Shown here: piece after piece, positions 14,195 through 23,371 of the stretch | Layout of the letters: every line of letters starts with the position of its first letter | How positions within the stretch are numbered: position 1 is the stretch's first letter | Source of the DNA: Candidatus Gastranaerophilales bacterium | GTDB lineage: Bacteria; Cyanobacteriota; Vampirovibrionia; Gastranaerophilales; Gastranaerophilaceae | Length of the DNA stretch: 64,000 bases | Direction: 5' to 3' | Assembly: GCA_944325885.1 (NCBI GenBank) | Contig: CALVBT010000003.1 | Coordinates: forward strand, 40,251-104,250 | The notes under the pieces: model-generated | What the model was told of the DNA's origin: nothing | Database searches by the model: none | The model's input: the letters and a program-made list of their open reading frames with translations, nothing else | Program-made: the position numbers and the translations under genes

Positions 14195-15580
14195 ATGATA
14201 GAATCGTGTCTTATTGATTTAAAAAATAAAATTTACGGATATTTTCAAAAGAAATTTGAAAAAATATACAACAACAGTCTTATTTTGCAAAAAATAGATG
14301 ACATAATATTTCTGTTCATCGGAATCACACTCTTTGCATCAACTTTTATGCCCAGCGAAAGCATTGGTGCTTTTGCAATAGCTGTTGTTTTGCTTACTTT
14401 TGTAAAACTGTTTGTAAAACCTAACGCAAAAGTTGCAATGACATCGTGGGACGCAGCGATTGCCGTATATTTTATAATCTGTTTTATAAGCACAATAAAC
14501 TCTACGCTTGTACCTCAGAGCATACACGGCTTTTTAAAAACCGTTATTTATATATTTTATTACTTTTGTGCGGTGAATTATTTTCAAACCAATCAAAATA
14601 AAATAAAATACATCTTTCTTCTCGTCGGCAGTTTGTGCTGCGTAGAAGGAGTTATTGCAATTTATCAAAACTTTGCCGGAGTGGAACAAATCTCAACATG
14701 GCAGGACTCCAGATACGTAAACCCTGAAGACACAATTGCAAGAGCATACGGAACACTAAAACCCTATAACCCGAATCTTCTCGGCGGATACCTTGTTGCA
14801 GGGATGTCCTATGTAGCCGGAATAGTTGCAATGTTTCTTGTAAATAAAAACTGGAAACGTCTTATATTTGCCATTGCGGCACTGCTAGTATGTTCACTTG
14901 CTGTTTTTGTTACGGGTTCAAGAGGTGCATATCTCGGACTGGGGGCAATTTTTGCAGTAATGATTCTGCTTGTTACTTTTATTATTAACATTGATTTTTC
15001 ACAGGCAGAAAAATTAAAATCCATCTGGCACAAGGTAGTTGCATCAATAATCGGACTTTTTGTTCTGGTTTTGATAGCTGTACCCAAAATTACAAAAAGA
15101 ATCTTGTCCATATTCATTTTGAGAGGGGACTCTTCAACATCTTTCAGAATGAACGTATACCACTCAAGCTGGCAAATGTTCTGCGACAACTGGCTGCTCG
15201 GCATAGGTGCAGGCAATCAAACCTTCAGAGAAATTTACGGACTTTATATGCTCACGGGTTTTGATGCTTTGAGTACATATTCTGTTCCTCTGGAAATTGC
15301 AGTTGAGAGCGGGATATTCGGATTGATTGCATTTTTTGCATTTTTAGGATTGTTTCTTTTTGATTCGTACAAGTTTTTAAAATCAGTAAATAATACTAAC
15401 AGTCTAGCCGACAAGATTGTGGTTTGTTGTGCAATATTAACAATTGCGGGTGTGATGACTCACGGGCTGTTTGATACAATATATTTTAGACCGCAGGTGC
15501 AGTTCTTGTTCTGGACAATGATTGCAATGGCCTCATCTGTGTTGGTAAAAAAAGAAATTAAGGATACTTGCGAGGAATAA
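14195..15580 (+). CDS. O-antigen ligase family (Wzy_C) polytopic membrane protein
   Basis: 461 aa with many TM helices. Contains the GSRGAYLGLG motif region typical of O-antigen ligase/polymerase domains. Confidence 0.7.
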   Translation: MIESCLIDLKNKIYGYFQKKFEKIYNNSLILQKIDDIIFLFIGITLFASTFMPSESIGAFAIAVVLLTFVKLFVKPNAKVAMTSWDAAIAVYFIICFISTINSTLVPQSIHGFLKTVIYIFYYFCAVNYFQTNQNKIKYIFLLVGSLCCVEGVIAIYQNFAGVEQISTWQDSRYVNPEDTIARAYGTLKPYNPNLLGGYLVAGMSYVAGIVAMFLVNKNWKRLIFAIAALLVCSLAVFVTGSRGAYLGLGAIFAVMILLVTFIINIDFSQAEKLKSIWHKVVASIIGLFVLVLIAVPKITKRILSIFILRGDSSTSFRMNVYHSSWQMFCDNWLLGIGAGNQTFREIYGLYMLTGFDALSTYSVPLEIAVESGIFGLIAFFAFLGLFLFDSYKFLKSVNNTNSLADKIVVCCAILTIAGVMTHGLFDTIYFRPQVQFLFWTMIAMASSVLVKKEIKDTCEE

Positions 15581-15582
15581 AA

Positions 15583-16788
15583 ATGAATCTGACAAAAAGA
15601 ATAGCATTAACAATAGTTGCTTTGATTGGATTTTTAACATCGGTAAAACTTGCTTTTATATACTGGGATGCAAATTTCAACCCTTATGCATTATCCAGCT
15701 TTTGTTCCATAAACGACCTCATAGATTGTGACGGTGTTGCAAAAACAACGCATTCACAGTTTTTTGGCGTACCGCTGGCACTATGGGGATTGTTTTTGTA
15801 TTTTGTATTTTTATTTTTCACATACGTGGACAAAATCAGAGAAATTAAGATAAAAGATTTTAGAATTTTTGCTTATTTTGACGTGTTCAAACATCCGGAA
15901 GCATATATTTGCGCACTGGGTTTGATTTCGTTTTTGATTTCAATGGTTCTTGCCGGAATTTCTATCTTTGAAATCAACAAAATTTGTGTATTATGCTTTT
16001 TTACTTATATTTTGAACCTGTTAATAGCAGTGATAGCCCGTCCCGCAGGAGAAAATCCTTGGTCTGTTATTGTAATAAGCACAAAAGATTTGATTGAAGG
16101 CTTAAAAGTCAAAAAATACGCTATCGCATTTTCGTTGTGTGTTATTATTGCGGTTGCATTTTTAACATACACAACACTGTCTGATGTTATGGCTCCGCAG
16201 ATGAAAATGCATAAAGAAATGCAGCAGTATTCTTCCCCCTCAGGTGAATACAAAGTAGGCGGAAATATACTGGGCGAAGAAAATGCAAAACTCGTTGTAC
16301 ACGAATACACAGACTATCAGTGTCCGTTTTGCTTTGTGTTGAACACAATGATGCAAAGAGCGGTCAGCGAGCTTTCCGGACTAAAAGTAGTGCATCACAA
16401 TCTTCCGCTGGACATGGACTGCAATCCTATGATGGAACAACAAATGCACGCAGGCTCCTGCCTAATGGCAAAATATGCTATAGCAGCCGGTATGCAGGGC
16501 AAATACTGGGATGTAAACAATCTTCTCTTTGACAAGGAATTTCAAGGCGAAAAAGATATGCTAAACAACCTGAAAAACATAAAAGGTCTGGATATTGAAA
16601 AACTCAAAAAAGATGCGTATAGCAGGGAAGTTGCTGCTGAACTGAAAAAAGAAATCAAAGAAGCAATTGAACTTGGTATAGACGGAACACCGGCAATACG
16701 TATAAATATGGAAACAAAAGTGGGTATTATGCCTTATGAAGAATTAAAAGAAAAACTCATAAAAGCAGGTGCCGAAGAAAGAAAATAA
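15583..16788 (+). CDS. VKOR (vitamin K epoxide reductase)-DsbA/thioredoxin fusion protein
   Basis: The track ORF starts at TTG 15568. The ATG at 15583 has GAGGA 6 nt upstream. VKOR loop cysteines FCSINDLIDC and membrane CxxC (CVLC). C-terminal DsbA-like domain with YTDYQCPFC. Confidence 0.8.
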   Translation: MNLTKRIALTIVALIGFLTSVKLAFIYWDANFNPYALSSFCSINDLIDCDGVAKTTHSQFFGVPLALWGLFLYFVFLFFTYVDKIREIKIKDFRIFAYFDVFKHPEAYICALGLISFLISMVLAGISIFEINKICVLCFFTYILNLLIAVIARPAGENPWSVIVISTKDLIEGLKVKKYAIAFSLCVIIAVAFLTYTTLSDVMAPQMKMHKEMQQYSSPSGEYKVGGNILGEENAKLVVHEYTDYQCPFCFVLNTMMQRAVSELSGLKVVHHNLPLDMDCNPMMEQQMHAGSCLMAKYAIAAGMQGKYWDVNNLLFDKEFQGEKDMLNNLKNIKGLDIEKLKKDAYSREVAAELKKEIKEAIELGIDGTPAIRINMETKVGIMPYEELKEKLIKAGAEERK

Positions 16789-17330
16789 TGGAAGAGATAC
16801 TTTTACATGCCTGCTGTGCCGTGTGCATGGCATACCCGATAGAACTCTTGAAAGAAAACTACAACCCTGTAGTTTTCTTTTGCAATCCGAATATTTATCC
16901 CGAGGCAGAATACATAAGAAGACGGGACGAATTGATAAAGTATTGCGAGCAGCAGGGCTACAAATATTTTATAGACGATTATGAACCGGAAAAATGGTAC
17001 GCATATATTAAAGGGCTGGAGAAGGAGCCGGAAAAAGGCAAAAGATGCAACAAATGCTTTGAATACAGACTTTTAAAATCCGCACAGAAAGCAAAAGACC
17101 TCGGGATAAAAACTTTTACAACAACCTTGAGCGTCAGCCCTCATAAAGTTTCAAAAAACGTTTTTGAAGCGGGACAAAATGCCGCACAGCAGTATGGTTT
17201 GACATTTTTGGAGCAGGATTTTAAAAAGCAAAACGGATTTTTAAAAACAATGGAAATTGCAAAAAAGAACGACTTCTACCGCCAGCAGTACTGCGGCTGC
17301 GAGTTTAGCATAAGAAAAAATTCTTTATAA
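16788..17330 (+). CDS. queH: Epoxyqueuosine reductase QueH (DUF208)
   Basis: 180 aa. LLHACCAVC near the N-terminus and QQYCGCEFS near the C-terminus are the QueH cysteine signatures. Confidence 0.85.
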   Translation: MEEILLHACCAVCMAYPIELLKENYNPVVFFCNPNIYPEAEYIRRRDELIKYCEQQGYKYFIDDYEPEKWYAYIKGLEKEPEKGKRCNKCFEYRLLKSAQKAKDLGIKTFTTTLSVSPHKVSKNVFEAGQNAAQQYGLTFLEQDFKKQNGFLKTMEIAKKNDFYRQQYCGCEFSIRKNSL

Positions 17331-17388
17331 AATTTATTTTATAATTTATAATAATCATATTGATTATATAAATATTGGAGTTTGTTTT

Positions 17389-18618
17389 ATGAATTTTGCA
17401 AAGTTTTTTGGCCCATTATCAAATCTTCAATTTGATAAACTTTTGATTGCCGATGTATTAACAACTTTTTGTGATGTTATAATGCAGTTTTTGTTGATAG
17501 CCTGGATTCTGGACTTTGCAAAAAATCCAGCAACACCTATAGTAGGCGTTTTTATCAGTTTTGTGGCGGCATTTTTGATAGTCAGCCCGTTTTGCGGATT
17601 TTTTGCCGATAAATATCAAAAGAACAGACTCCTTAGTGCAAGTTGTTTTTACAGAACATTTCTGGCATTGATAATAGCGGGTCTTGCCTTTGCTGCAGGG
17701 CAAGAGCAGATGGACATTTATCCTTTCTATGTTCTGTCTTTTCTTGTCGGAGTAGGTTCTTCCATTTTTTATTGTACAAAAATGGCGTTTGTACCCGAGT
17801 TTGTTGAAACAAATCAACTGAAATATACAAACACAATTTTTGTGTTAACAATACCGTTTGCTATAGTATTCAGCGGATTTATTACAAATTTTTCCATAAA
17901 AAATGCCGGCCAGCCTAACAGCTTCTGGATTTTTGCAATTGTATATGCAATAGCAGGTCTTGTGGCATTTTTTGTAAAAAGCAGCGATAAAATACAAAAA
18001 GAAGCAGAAACAGACACAGCATTTCTGCCTGATGTTTGGTCTGTGTTCAAGTACTTTAACACCCACAGACACTCTCTTTATATGGTATTTTTTGCATTGA
18101 TTATATCAATATTTTCATCTGCACTTTTATATGCATTGATTTCTCTAATAATGGACTACTATTTCGTTGTAACAAACCAGTTTTCTCTCATAAGACTGTA
18201 TGTTTGCGCAGGAATATTGATAGGATGTTTGTTATTGTTCATTGCAGCAAGATTTGTAAAATCTGTATATTTCTTTATAGCAGCTGTGTGTGTAATTCTG
18301 CCTGCGTTGTTTTCGATTACGTTTTGCAACAGCTACAAGTCTTCATGGATGTGGCTTGTCCCTGCTGGGATAGCTCTTACTGTAGTCGTTGTTTATTCAA
18401 ACACATTTTTGCAAAGAGCTGTGCCAAAAGCAATCAAAGGCAAGGTATTTGCTCTTCAAAGTGCATTGTTTAGCCTAATATTTGCTGCCGATACACTGCT
18501 CCCCTTGAGCTGGGCAAGACATCTGCCTGCAATGCCGGCTGTAAAACTCATCTGTATTTTGAACTTTATAATTATGGTATTGATTACAGCAGGATACGTT
18601 ATGACAAAGGACGAATAA
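17389..18618 (+). CDS. MFS-type transporter
   Basis: 409 aa with about 12 predicted TM helices. General MFS-like topology; no specific substrate inferred. Confidence 0.6.
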   Translation: MNFAKFFGPLSNLQFDKLLIADVLTTFCDVIMQFLLIAWILDFAKNPATPIVGVFISFVAAFLIVSPFCGFFADKYQKNRLLSASCFYRTFLALIIAGLAFAAGQEQMDIYPFYVLSFLVGVGSSIFYCTKMAFVPEFVETNQLKYTNTIFVLTIPFAIVFSGFITNFSIKNAGQPNSFWIFAIVYAIAGLVAFFVKSSDKIQKEAETDTAFLPDVWSVFKYFNTHRHSLYMVFFALIISIFSSALLYALISLIMDYYFVVTNQFSLIRLYVCAGILIGCLLLFIAARFVKSVYFFIAAVCVILPALFSITFCNSYKSSWMWLVPAGIALTVVVVYSNTFLQRAVPKAIKGKVFALQSALFSLIFAADTLLPLSWARHLPAMPAVKLICILNFIIMVLITAGYVMTKDE

Positions 18619-18681
18619 TTAGACTGCATAAAGTTATGCTATAATTAAAATTAAACGATATTACGATAATTGGAGCGGTGT

Positions 18682-19680
18682 ATGCCAAATTATGCAATAG
18701 GAATAGATCTGGGCGGTACAAAAATTTTGACCGGAATAGTTAATAAAGGAAACGGCGAAGTCCTTTATTCCATAAAGCAAAAAACAGGAAAAGAAAAAGA
18801 CGCAGAAAACATTGTTGAAAAACTAAAACTTTCAATAAAAGAGCTGATAGAGACCTCTCATTTTGATATTGCACAAATTGACTCAATAGGCATAGGCGCA
18901 CCAGGACAGGTAGACAGAAACAGAGGAATACTCGTATCAGCACCGAATTTGAACTGCGAAAACCTTAACCTGAAAGCACTTCTGGAAAGAGAATTTTATA
19001 TCCCTACATTTCTGGGCAATGATGTGGAAATAGCTACTCTTGGCGAAATGAAATTTGGTGCTGGAGCAGGGTTTGACAATTTTGTATGTATATTCGTAGG
19101 CACAGGCGTAGGCTCTGGGATTGCAGAAAACGGAAAAATCCGCCACGGTGCGACAGGTACAGCCGGCGAAATAGGACATATCATTGTAGATGCAGGCGGA
19201 AGACCCTGCGGCTGCGGCGGCAACGGATGTCTTGAGGCTTATGCATCACGTACGGCAATCGAAGCGAGAATACTCGGTGCATTGAAAAAAGGCAGACAGT
19301 CTATTATAACGGACTTTATGCGTGATGACAAACCAATAAGCTCAAAAATGCTCAAAAAAGCTCTTGAACACAAAGACGAACTCGTTACACAGGTGCTTTT
19401 TGAGGCATCGGATTATTTGTCCAACGGAATTGCCACTGTTATCAATTTTTATAACCCTCAGCTCATTGTTATGGGCGGCGGCTTGATAGATGCAGTGGAT
19501 GAGTTTTATGAAAGAACTATTACAAAAGCAAAAATGAAGGCACTGCCTGTTCCTGCTGCAAAAATACAATTTAAAAAAGCAAAACTGGGCGATTTTTCCG
19601 GCGTTGTCGGGGCATGTTTTTTAGAAGAAGCTCAAAAACAAAAAGCACCTGAAAAAATTTCAGATGCTTTATACAAGTAG
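18682..19680 (+). CDS. ROK-family glucokinase
   Basis: The track start is TTG 18670. The ATG at 18682 has GGAG 6 nt upstream. IGIDLGGTKI, the ROK signature, and the zinc motif CGCGGNGCLE. Confidence 0.85.
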   Translation: MPNYAIGIDLGGTKILTGIVNKGNGEVLYSIKQKTGKEKDAENIVEKLKLSIKELIETSHFDIAQIDSIGIGAPGQVDRNRGILVSAPNLNCENLNLKALLEREFYIPTFLGNDVEIATLGEMKFGAGAGFDNFVCIFVGTGVGSGIAENGKIRHGATGTAGEIGHIIVDAGGRPCGCGGNGCLEAYASRTAIEARILGALKKGRQSIITDFMRDDKPISSKMLKKALEHKDELVTQVLFEASDYLSNGIATVINFYNPQLIVMGGGLIDAVDEFYERTITKAKMKALPVPAAKIQFKKAKLGDFSGVVGACFLEEAQKQKAPEKISDALYK

Positions 19681-19692
19681 TAAAATTTTCAA

Positions 19693-20838
19693 TTATGCTT
19701 TTAATTCTTTGTAAGCCATTGCTGCTTGTGATACAGAAGAAGCTGTGCTTTGTGCATTTTGCATAGCACCCTGAGTATCTTTCATAGCTGCTGATGCTGC
19801 AGTTTGAGTAGCTCCGCCTGCTGCGGTAGTAGCCCCGCCGACCGCTGTAACAACACTACCCGGAGCGAATGTCGGCCAGAAGGCTTGCATTGTTACACCT
19901 GTAGCTGTTGTCATACCGCCGATAGTTGATGTATACATGCCGACTTGTTGTGCGGTTTGTGCGCCTTTATGATTTTTCTGAGATGTTTGTTGAGTTTTTA
20001 CTGCCTGATTTTTTATATTATTCAACCAGTTTGTCATATTTAATGAAGTTGAACTGATAGAAGCGTTTGTGCTGGCTATAGAAGATTCTGTAGAAGCCAA
20101 ATCAGCTGATTTTGAATCGAGTTCTGTTTGAATTTCAGCCAATCTGCCCTGATTCCCCTGCGGCATTGAAGAAGCAAATGTCATCATTGAGTTGCCGCCT
20201 TGCTGCTGACCGCCGATAGCGAAGAGGTTGCCGCCCTGTTGAGCAGATGCTTGAGCCATAAACGGATTGGACATAGCCTGTTGCTGAGGAGCAGCCTGTT
20301 GGCCTGCTTGTTGTTCTGCCATCAATGTTTCTTGTTCAGCGGTAAGTTCATCAATTTCTGCTTGAGTTTGTTCTTTTTGTGACTCTAAGTTTTCAACTTC
20401 TGTCTGGTCAGCATTAATTTCTGCTTGAGTTTGTTTGTCTTTTTGCTGTACTTGTTTATTGAACTGTGTCATTTTTTTGTCAGACTGTTGAGCCTGTTTT
20501 GTATAATTTTTAGATTTTTGAGTTTCATTTTTAGCGTTGCTGCTAGCTTCTTTAGCTTCAGCTTTAGCGTTTTCGCCATCTTTCATATATTCTTCTTCTT
20601 TTTGAGCATCAGCATCTTGTGTTGTATTAGATGTTGTTCTTGTAAAACCATCATAGTTTTGGAAATTATTATCATCAACGCCCTGTGTGCTTCTTGCATA
20701 AGAATAAACATCAGTACCTTTGAGTTGTTGTTTTTCTTTAGCTTCTCTTGTTTCTTTAGTGGAAACTTGACCTGATTGCTGACTACCTTGAGTTTTGTTT
20801 AATTCTGGTAAATTAATTTTGAACGGATTGTGTCCCAT
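19693..20838 (-). CDS. Gln/Ser/Thr-rich low-complexity protein with central coiled coil and Gly/Ala/Thr-rich hydrophobic C-terminal region
   Basis: 381-aa ORF with no homology recognised. A long unopposed ORF with its own AT-rich upstream region. Confidence 0.6.
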   Translation of the reverse strand: MGHNPFKINLPELNKTQGSQQSGQVSTKETREAKEKQQLKGTDVYSYARSTQGVDDNNFQNYDGFTRTTSNTTQDADAQKEEEYMKDGENAKAEAKEASSNAKNETQKSKNYTKQAQQSDKKMTQFNKQVQQKDKQTQAEINADQTEVENLESQKEQTQAEIDELTAEQETLMAEQQAGQQAAPQQQAMSNPFMAQASAQQGGNLFAIGGQQQGGNSMMTFASSMPQGNQGRLAEIQTELDSKSADLASTESSIASTNASISSTSLNMTNWLNNIKNQAVKTQQTSQKNHKGAQTAQQVGMYTSTIGGMTTATGVTMQAFWPTFAPGSVVTAVGGATTAAGGATQTAASAAMKDTQGAMQNAQSTASSVSQAAMAYKELKA

Positions 20839-20870
20839 TTTACTACTCTCATCTTTCTTTGTTACTACTT

Positions 20871-20924
20871 GTATATATATAAAAAATTTTTATATATAAA
20901 AATTGCTATTTTTATATATAAAAG
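20871..20924. promoter_or_regulatory. AT-only palindromic repeats (ATTTTTATATATAAAA x2, 22-bp period, plus a third TATATATAAAA) upstream of the Q-rich protein gene
   Basis: Read directly: 20886-20901 and 20908-20923 are 15/16 identical and self-complementary. Located 35-85 bp upstream of the ATG at 20838. Confidence 0.35.
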
Positions 20925-21059
20925 TATATACTTAAGACCAAAAACCAATAATAATAAGAGTTTTTAACTTTACAAAACTTAACATTATGTGCAAAAATAT
21001 ATAAAATTATGTACAACAAGAAAAAATGAACAAATAAAAAAAGATTGTTTTCTTTATAT

Positions 21060-21310
21060 CTTCATTTCTTTTCTTTTGTATTGCGCAGGCAAAAGAAAAG
21101 AAACGAAGCAAAGAAAAGAAAACCGGCGCTTTATCAAAAGAAACAGTAAAGTGTTTTATCGGAGATTTTTCAGCGACAGGCTGCTGTAAAAATCTCCTCA
21201 AAACACAACTGTTTCTAACAAAATCACAACGGCAGAGCCTATAACACTTCGTGTGCAGCTTCGCTGCAAAATAATTATTTTTATACATAAAAGGCAATAT
21301 TGTATTTATT
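21060..21310. repeat. Structured intergenic repeat element, copy A (polypyrimidine/polypurine hairpin plus conserved downstream motifs)
   Basis: Arms 21065-21078 TTTCTTTTCTTTTG and 21090-21103 CAAAAGAAAAGAAA form a perfect 14-bp stem. A third purine arm lies at 21109-21122. ACAACGGCAGAGCC is at 21226-21239 and GCAATAT at about 21293. Homologous to 25700-25920. Confidence 0.6.
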
Positions 21311-21433
21311 TTTGAGTGCTTTTAAAGGATGGAGGACGGAATCAGCACGAAAAAATGAATACATTATTGTCATGACATACTTAGCTTTTGTCGGATTGTA
21401 AATCCGACCTACTAATCTAACCCCGGCTACGCA

Positions 21434-21612
21434 CTACGCAAGGGGCAAAGCCCCGTCTGATTTCGTTTCTTTAAATACGGCAGGTTCGTGAAAACTGAAC
21501 GTTTCCACTCACGACTGTGTTTCACACACTGCCGATTTCGCTGTCTTTAAATCAGACGCTCCGTCTCCCTGAACGTGAGACTACGCATGGGGCAAAGCCC
21601 CGTCTGATTTCG
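21434..21612. repeat. 32-nt direct repeat pair (CTACGCA[A/T]GGGGCAAAGCCCCGTCTGATTTCG) bracketing a hairpin-rich 115-bp segment; the second copy encodes the last 10 codons and stop of the ABC transporter
   Basis: Copies at 21434-21465 and 21581-21612 are 31/32 identical. Each contains a GGGGC-AAA-GCCCC stem-loop. Between them, ccgtctga...cggcag pairs with ctgccg...tcagacg. Confidence 0.75.
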
Positions 21613-23371
21613 CAAACTGCATTTCGTACAGGCGTTTATAAAATCCGTTTTCGTTATTCAAAAGCTCATCGTGTGTGCCGAGTTCCACAAGCTCACCCTC
21701 ATTTATTACAGCTATCTTATCAGCATTTTTGATAGTTGAGAGTCTGTGAGCTATTACAAAAACTGTCTTGTCCTGCATAAGGTTGTCCAGAGCTTTTTGC
21801 ACAATGGCTTCCGACTTGTTATCCAGTGCAGAAGTTGCCTCATCCAGTATAACTATCTGAGAGTCTTTGAGCATTGCCCTGGCTATAGCCACACGCTGTC
21901 TTTGACCGCCGGAGAGTGTTGTACCTCTTTCTCCGATTTCTGTATCCAGACCGTCGGGCATTTCTTCCAGAAATTCGTCTATATGAGCAGCTTTGACAAC
22001 TCTCTGGATATCATCTTCCGATGCGTTAAAATTCCCCATAAGAAGATTTTCCCTGATAGTACCGGTAAACAAAAAATTGTCCTGAAAAACAACAGATATA
22101 TGCTCTCTTAAGGATTTAAGCTTTATATTTCTAATGTCAACGCCGTCCACTTTGATAGAGCCTGATGTAACATCATAAAATCTCGGGATAAGGTTGGCAA
22201 TAGTAGTTTTGCCGCCGCCGGAATTTCCGACAATAGCAACAGTTTCGCCCACATGTGCGGACAGATTTATTCCCTTCAGCACAGGTGTATCTTCTACATA
22301 CTCAAACCATACATTTTCCAAAGTTACACCCTCTTTTACCGCTTGCAGCTCAACTGCATTTTCCGCATCAGTGATTTCCGGCTGGATATCAAACAGCTCA
22401 AGAGTTCTGCACAGCGAAACAAAAATAGTCTGCAGGCTGGTGAGCGTATTACCCAGAGTTTTTACGGGTTTATACAAAAGCAGAAGAGACGTAACAAAAG
22501 AAAGAAGGCTGCCGCTGGTCATTCTGCCGGACAACACGAGATATGTACCGAACGCCATAACAAAAGCTATCCCGACAGATGCTATAGTGTACATAATAGG
22601 CGACATCCAAGCTACTCTTTTTACAAGCGACATATTTACATCAAAAGAGTTTCTTATCTCTTTAGCAAACTTGCCAAACTGATAATCAGCAAGATTGTAA
22701 GCGGAAACTATCTTGTTGCCTGCTGTAGTTTCGTTAAAATCAGTCATTATGTTTCCGCCGATTTTCATATTTTTATTAGAGGCTGATTTTATTCTTTTTC
22801 TAATCAACGCTGCCGGTAAAAATGCAATACAAAGGACAATTACGCCCACAGCAGCGAGTTCCCATGAGTTGTAGAGCATTACACCGACAAGAGCAAATGC
22901 ACCAATACCGGAACTCATAAGGGCTTTCAGATTGTCTAAAATCCCTTTTGAAGCTGTTTCAGGGTCTGTAAGATATCTTGTTAAGATAATACCGGAGGAG
23001 TTTTCGTCATAAAATTTTGCATCCATTTGCACAAGTTTTTGAAAAAGCCCGAGTTTTACATCGTTTGTGACTTTTTGGCCTGTCCAGTTTGTCAGATAAT
23101 CATTCAAATATCTCAAAAGCCCCTGCAAAGCAGCAAATGCAACGATACCAAAAGGTATTATATAAGCCAGAAGCATATTCTTTTTTATCAAAACCTCGTC
23201 CATATAAGGTTTTAGGGCATAAGCTATCACACCATCAAGCGCACCAACAGGCAATGCAATAATAAAACCGAGGATAATTCTAAATAGATAAGGTTTTATA
23301 TATTTGTACATCCTCTTTGTCAAATATGCATAATCAAACGAATTCTGCGCTGATGTGTCTTTTAATTTCAT
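21581..23371 (-). CDS. ABC transporter, fused permease/ATPase (MsbA/lipid A exporter-like)
   Basis: The track ORF extends to 23437. The ATG at 23371 (MKLKDTSAQ...) has GGAG 6 nt upstream. Six-TM N-terminal domain, Walker A GNSGGGKTT, signature LSGGQRQRVAIARA, Walker B ILDEATSALD. Confidence 0.85.
   Translation of the reverse strand: MKLKDTSAQNSFDYAYLTKRMYKYIKPYLFRIILGFIIALPVGALDGVIAYALKPYMDEVLIKKNMLLAYIIPFGIVAFAALQGLLRYLNDYLTNWTGQKVTNDVKLGLFQKLVQMDAKFYDENSSGIILTRYLTDPETASKGILDNLKALMSSGIGAFALVGVMLYNSWELAAVGVIVLCIAFLPAALIRKRIKSASNKNMKIGGNIMTDFNETTAGNKIVSAYNLADYQFGKFAKEIRNSFDVNMSLVKRVAWMSPIMYTIASVGIAFVMAFGTYLVLSGRMTSGSLLSFVTSLLLLYKPVKTLGNTLTSLQTIFVSLCRTLELFDIQPEITDAENAVELQAVKEGVTLENVWFEYVEDTPVLKGINLSAHVGETVAIVGNSGGGKTTIANLIPRFYDVTSGSIKVDGVDIRNIKLKSLREHISVVFQDNFLFTGTIRENLLMGNFNASEDDIQRVVKAAHIDEFLEEMPDGLDTEIGERGTTLSGGQRQRVAIARAMLKDSQIVILDEATSALDNKSEAIVQKALDNLMQDKTVFVIAHRLSTIKNADKIAVINEGELVELGTHDELLNNENGFYKRLYEMQFAKSDGALPHA

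Noticed and set aside
21007-21297. The 96-aa ORF here and the 70-aa ORF at 25691-25903, as a small Cys-containing membrane protein family. They share RLCRC and a hydrophobic FF-rich segment, with nearly conserved spacing.
   Set aside because: The shared hydrophobic segment is simply the translation of the polypyrimidine hairpin arms. The arms show compensatory changes that keep perfect stems. The middles are unrelated, and no RBS is evident. I favour a structured nucleic-acid element, though coding is not fully excluded.
21390-21408. tRNA pseudogene suggested by the hairpin GTCGGATT-GTA-AATCCGAC (anticodon-arm-like on the minus strand).
   Set aside because: No acceptor stem, D arm or GTTCGAATC-type T arm could be found around it.
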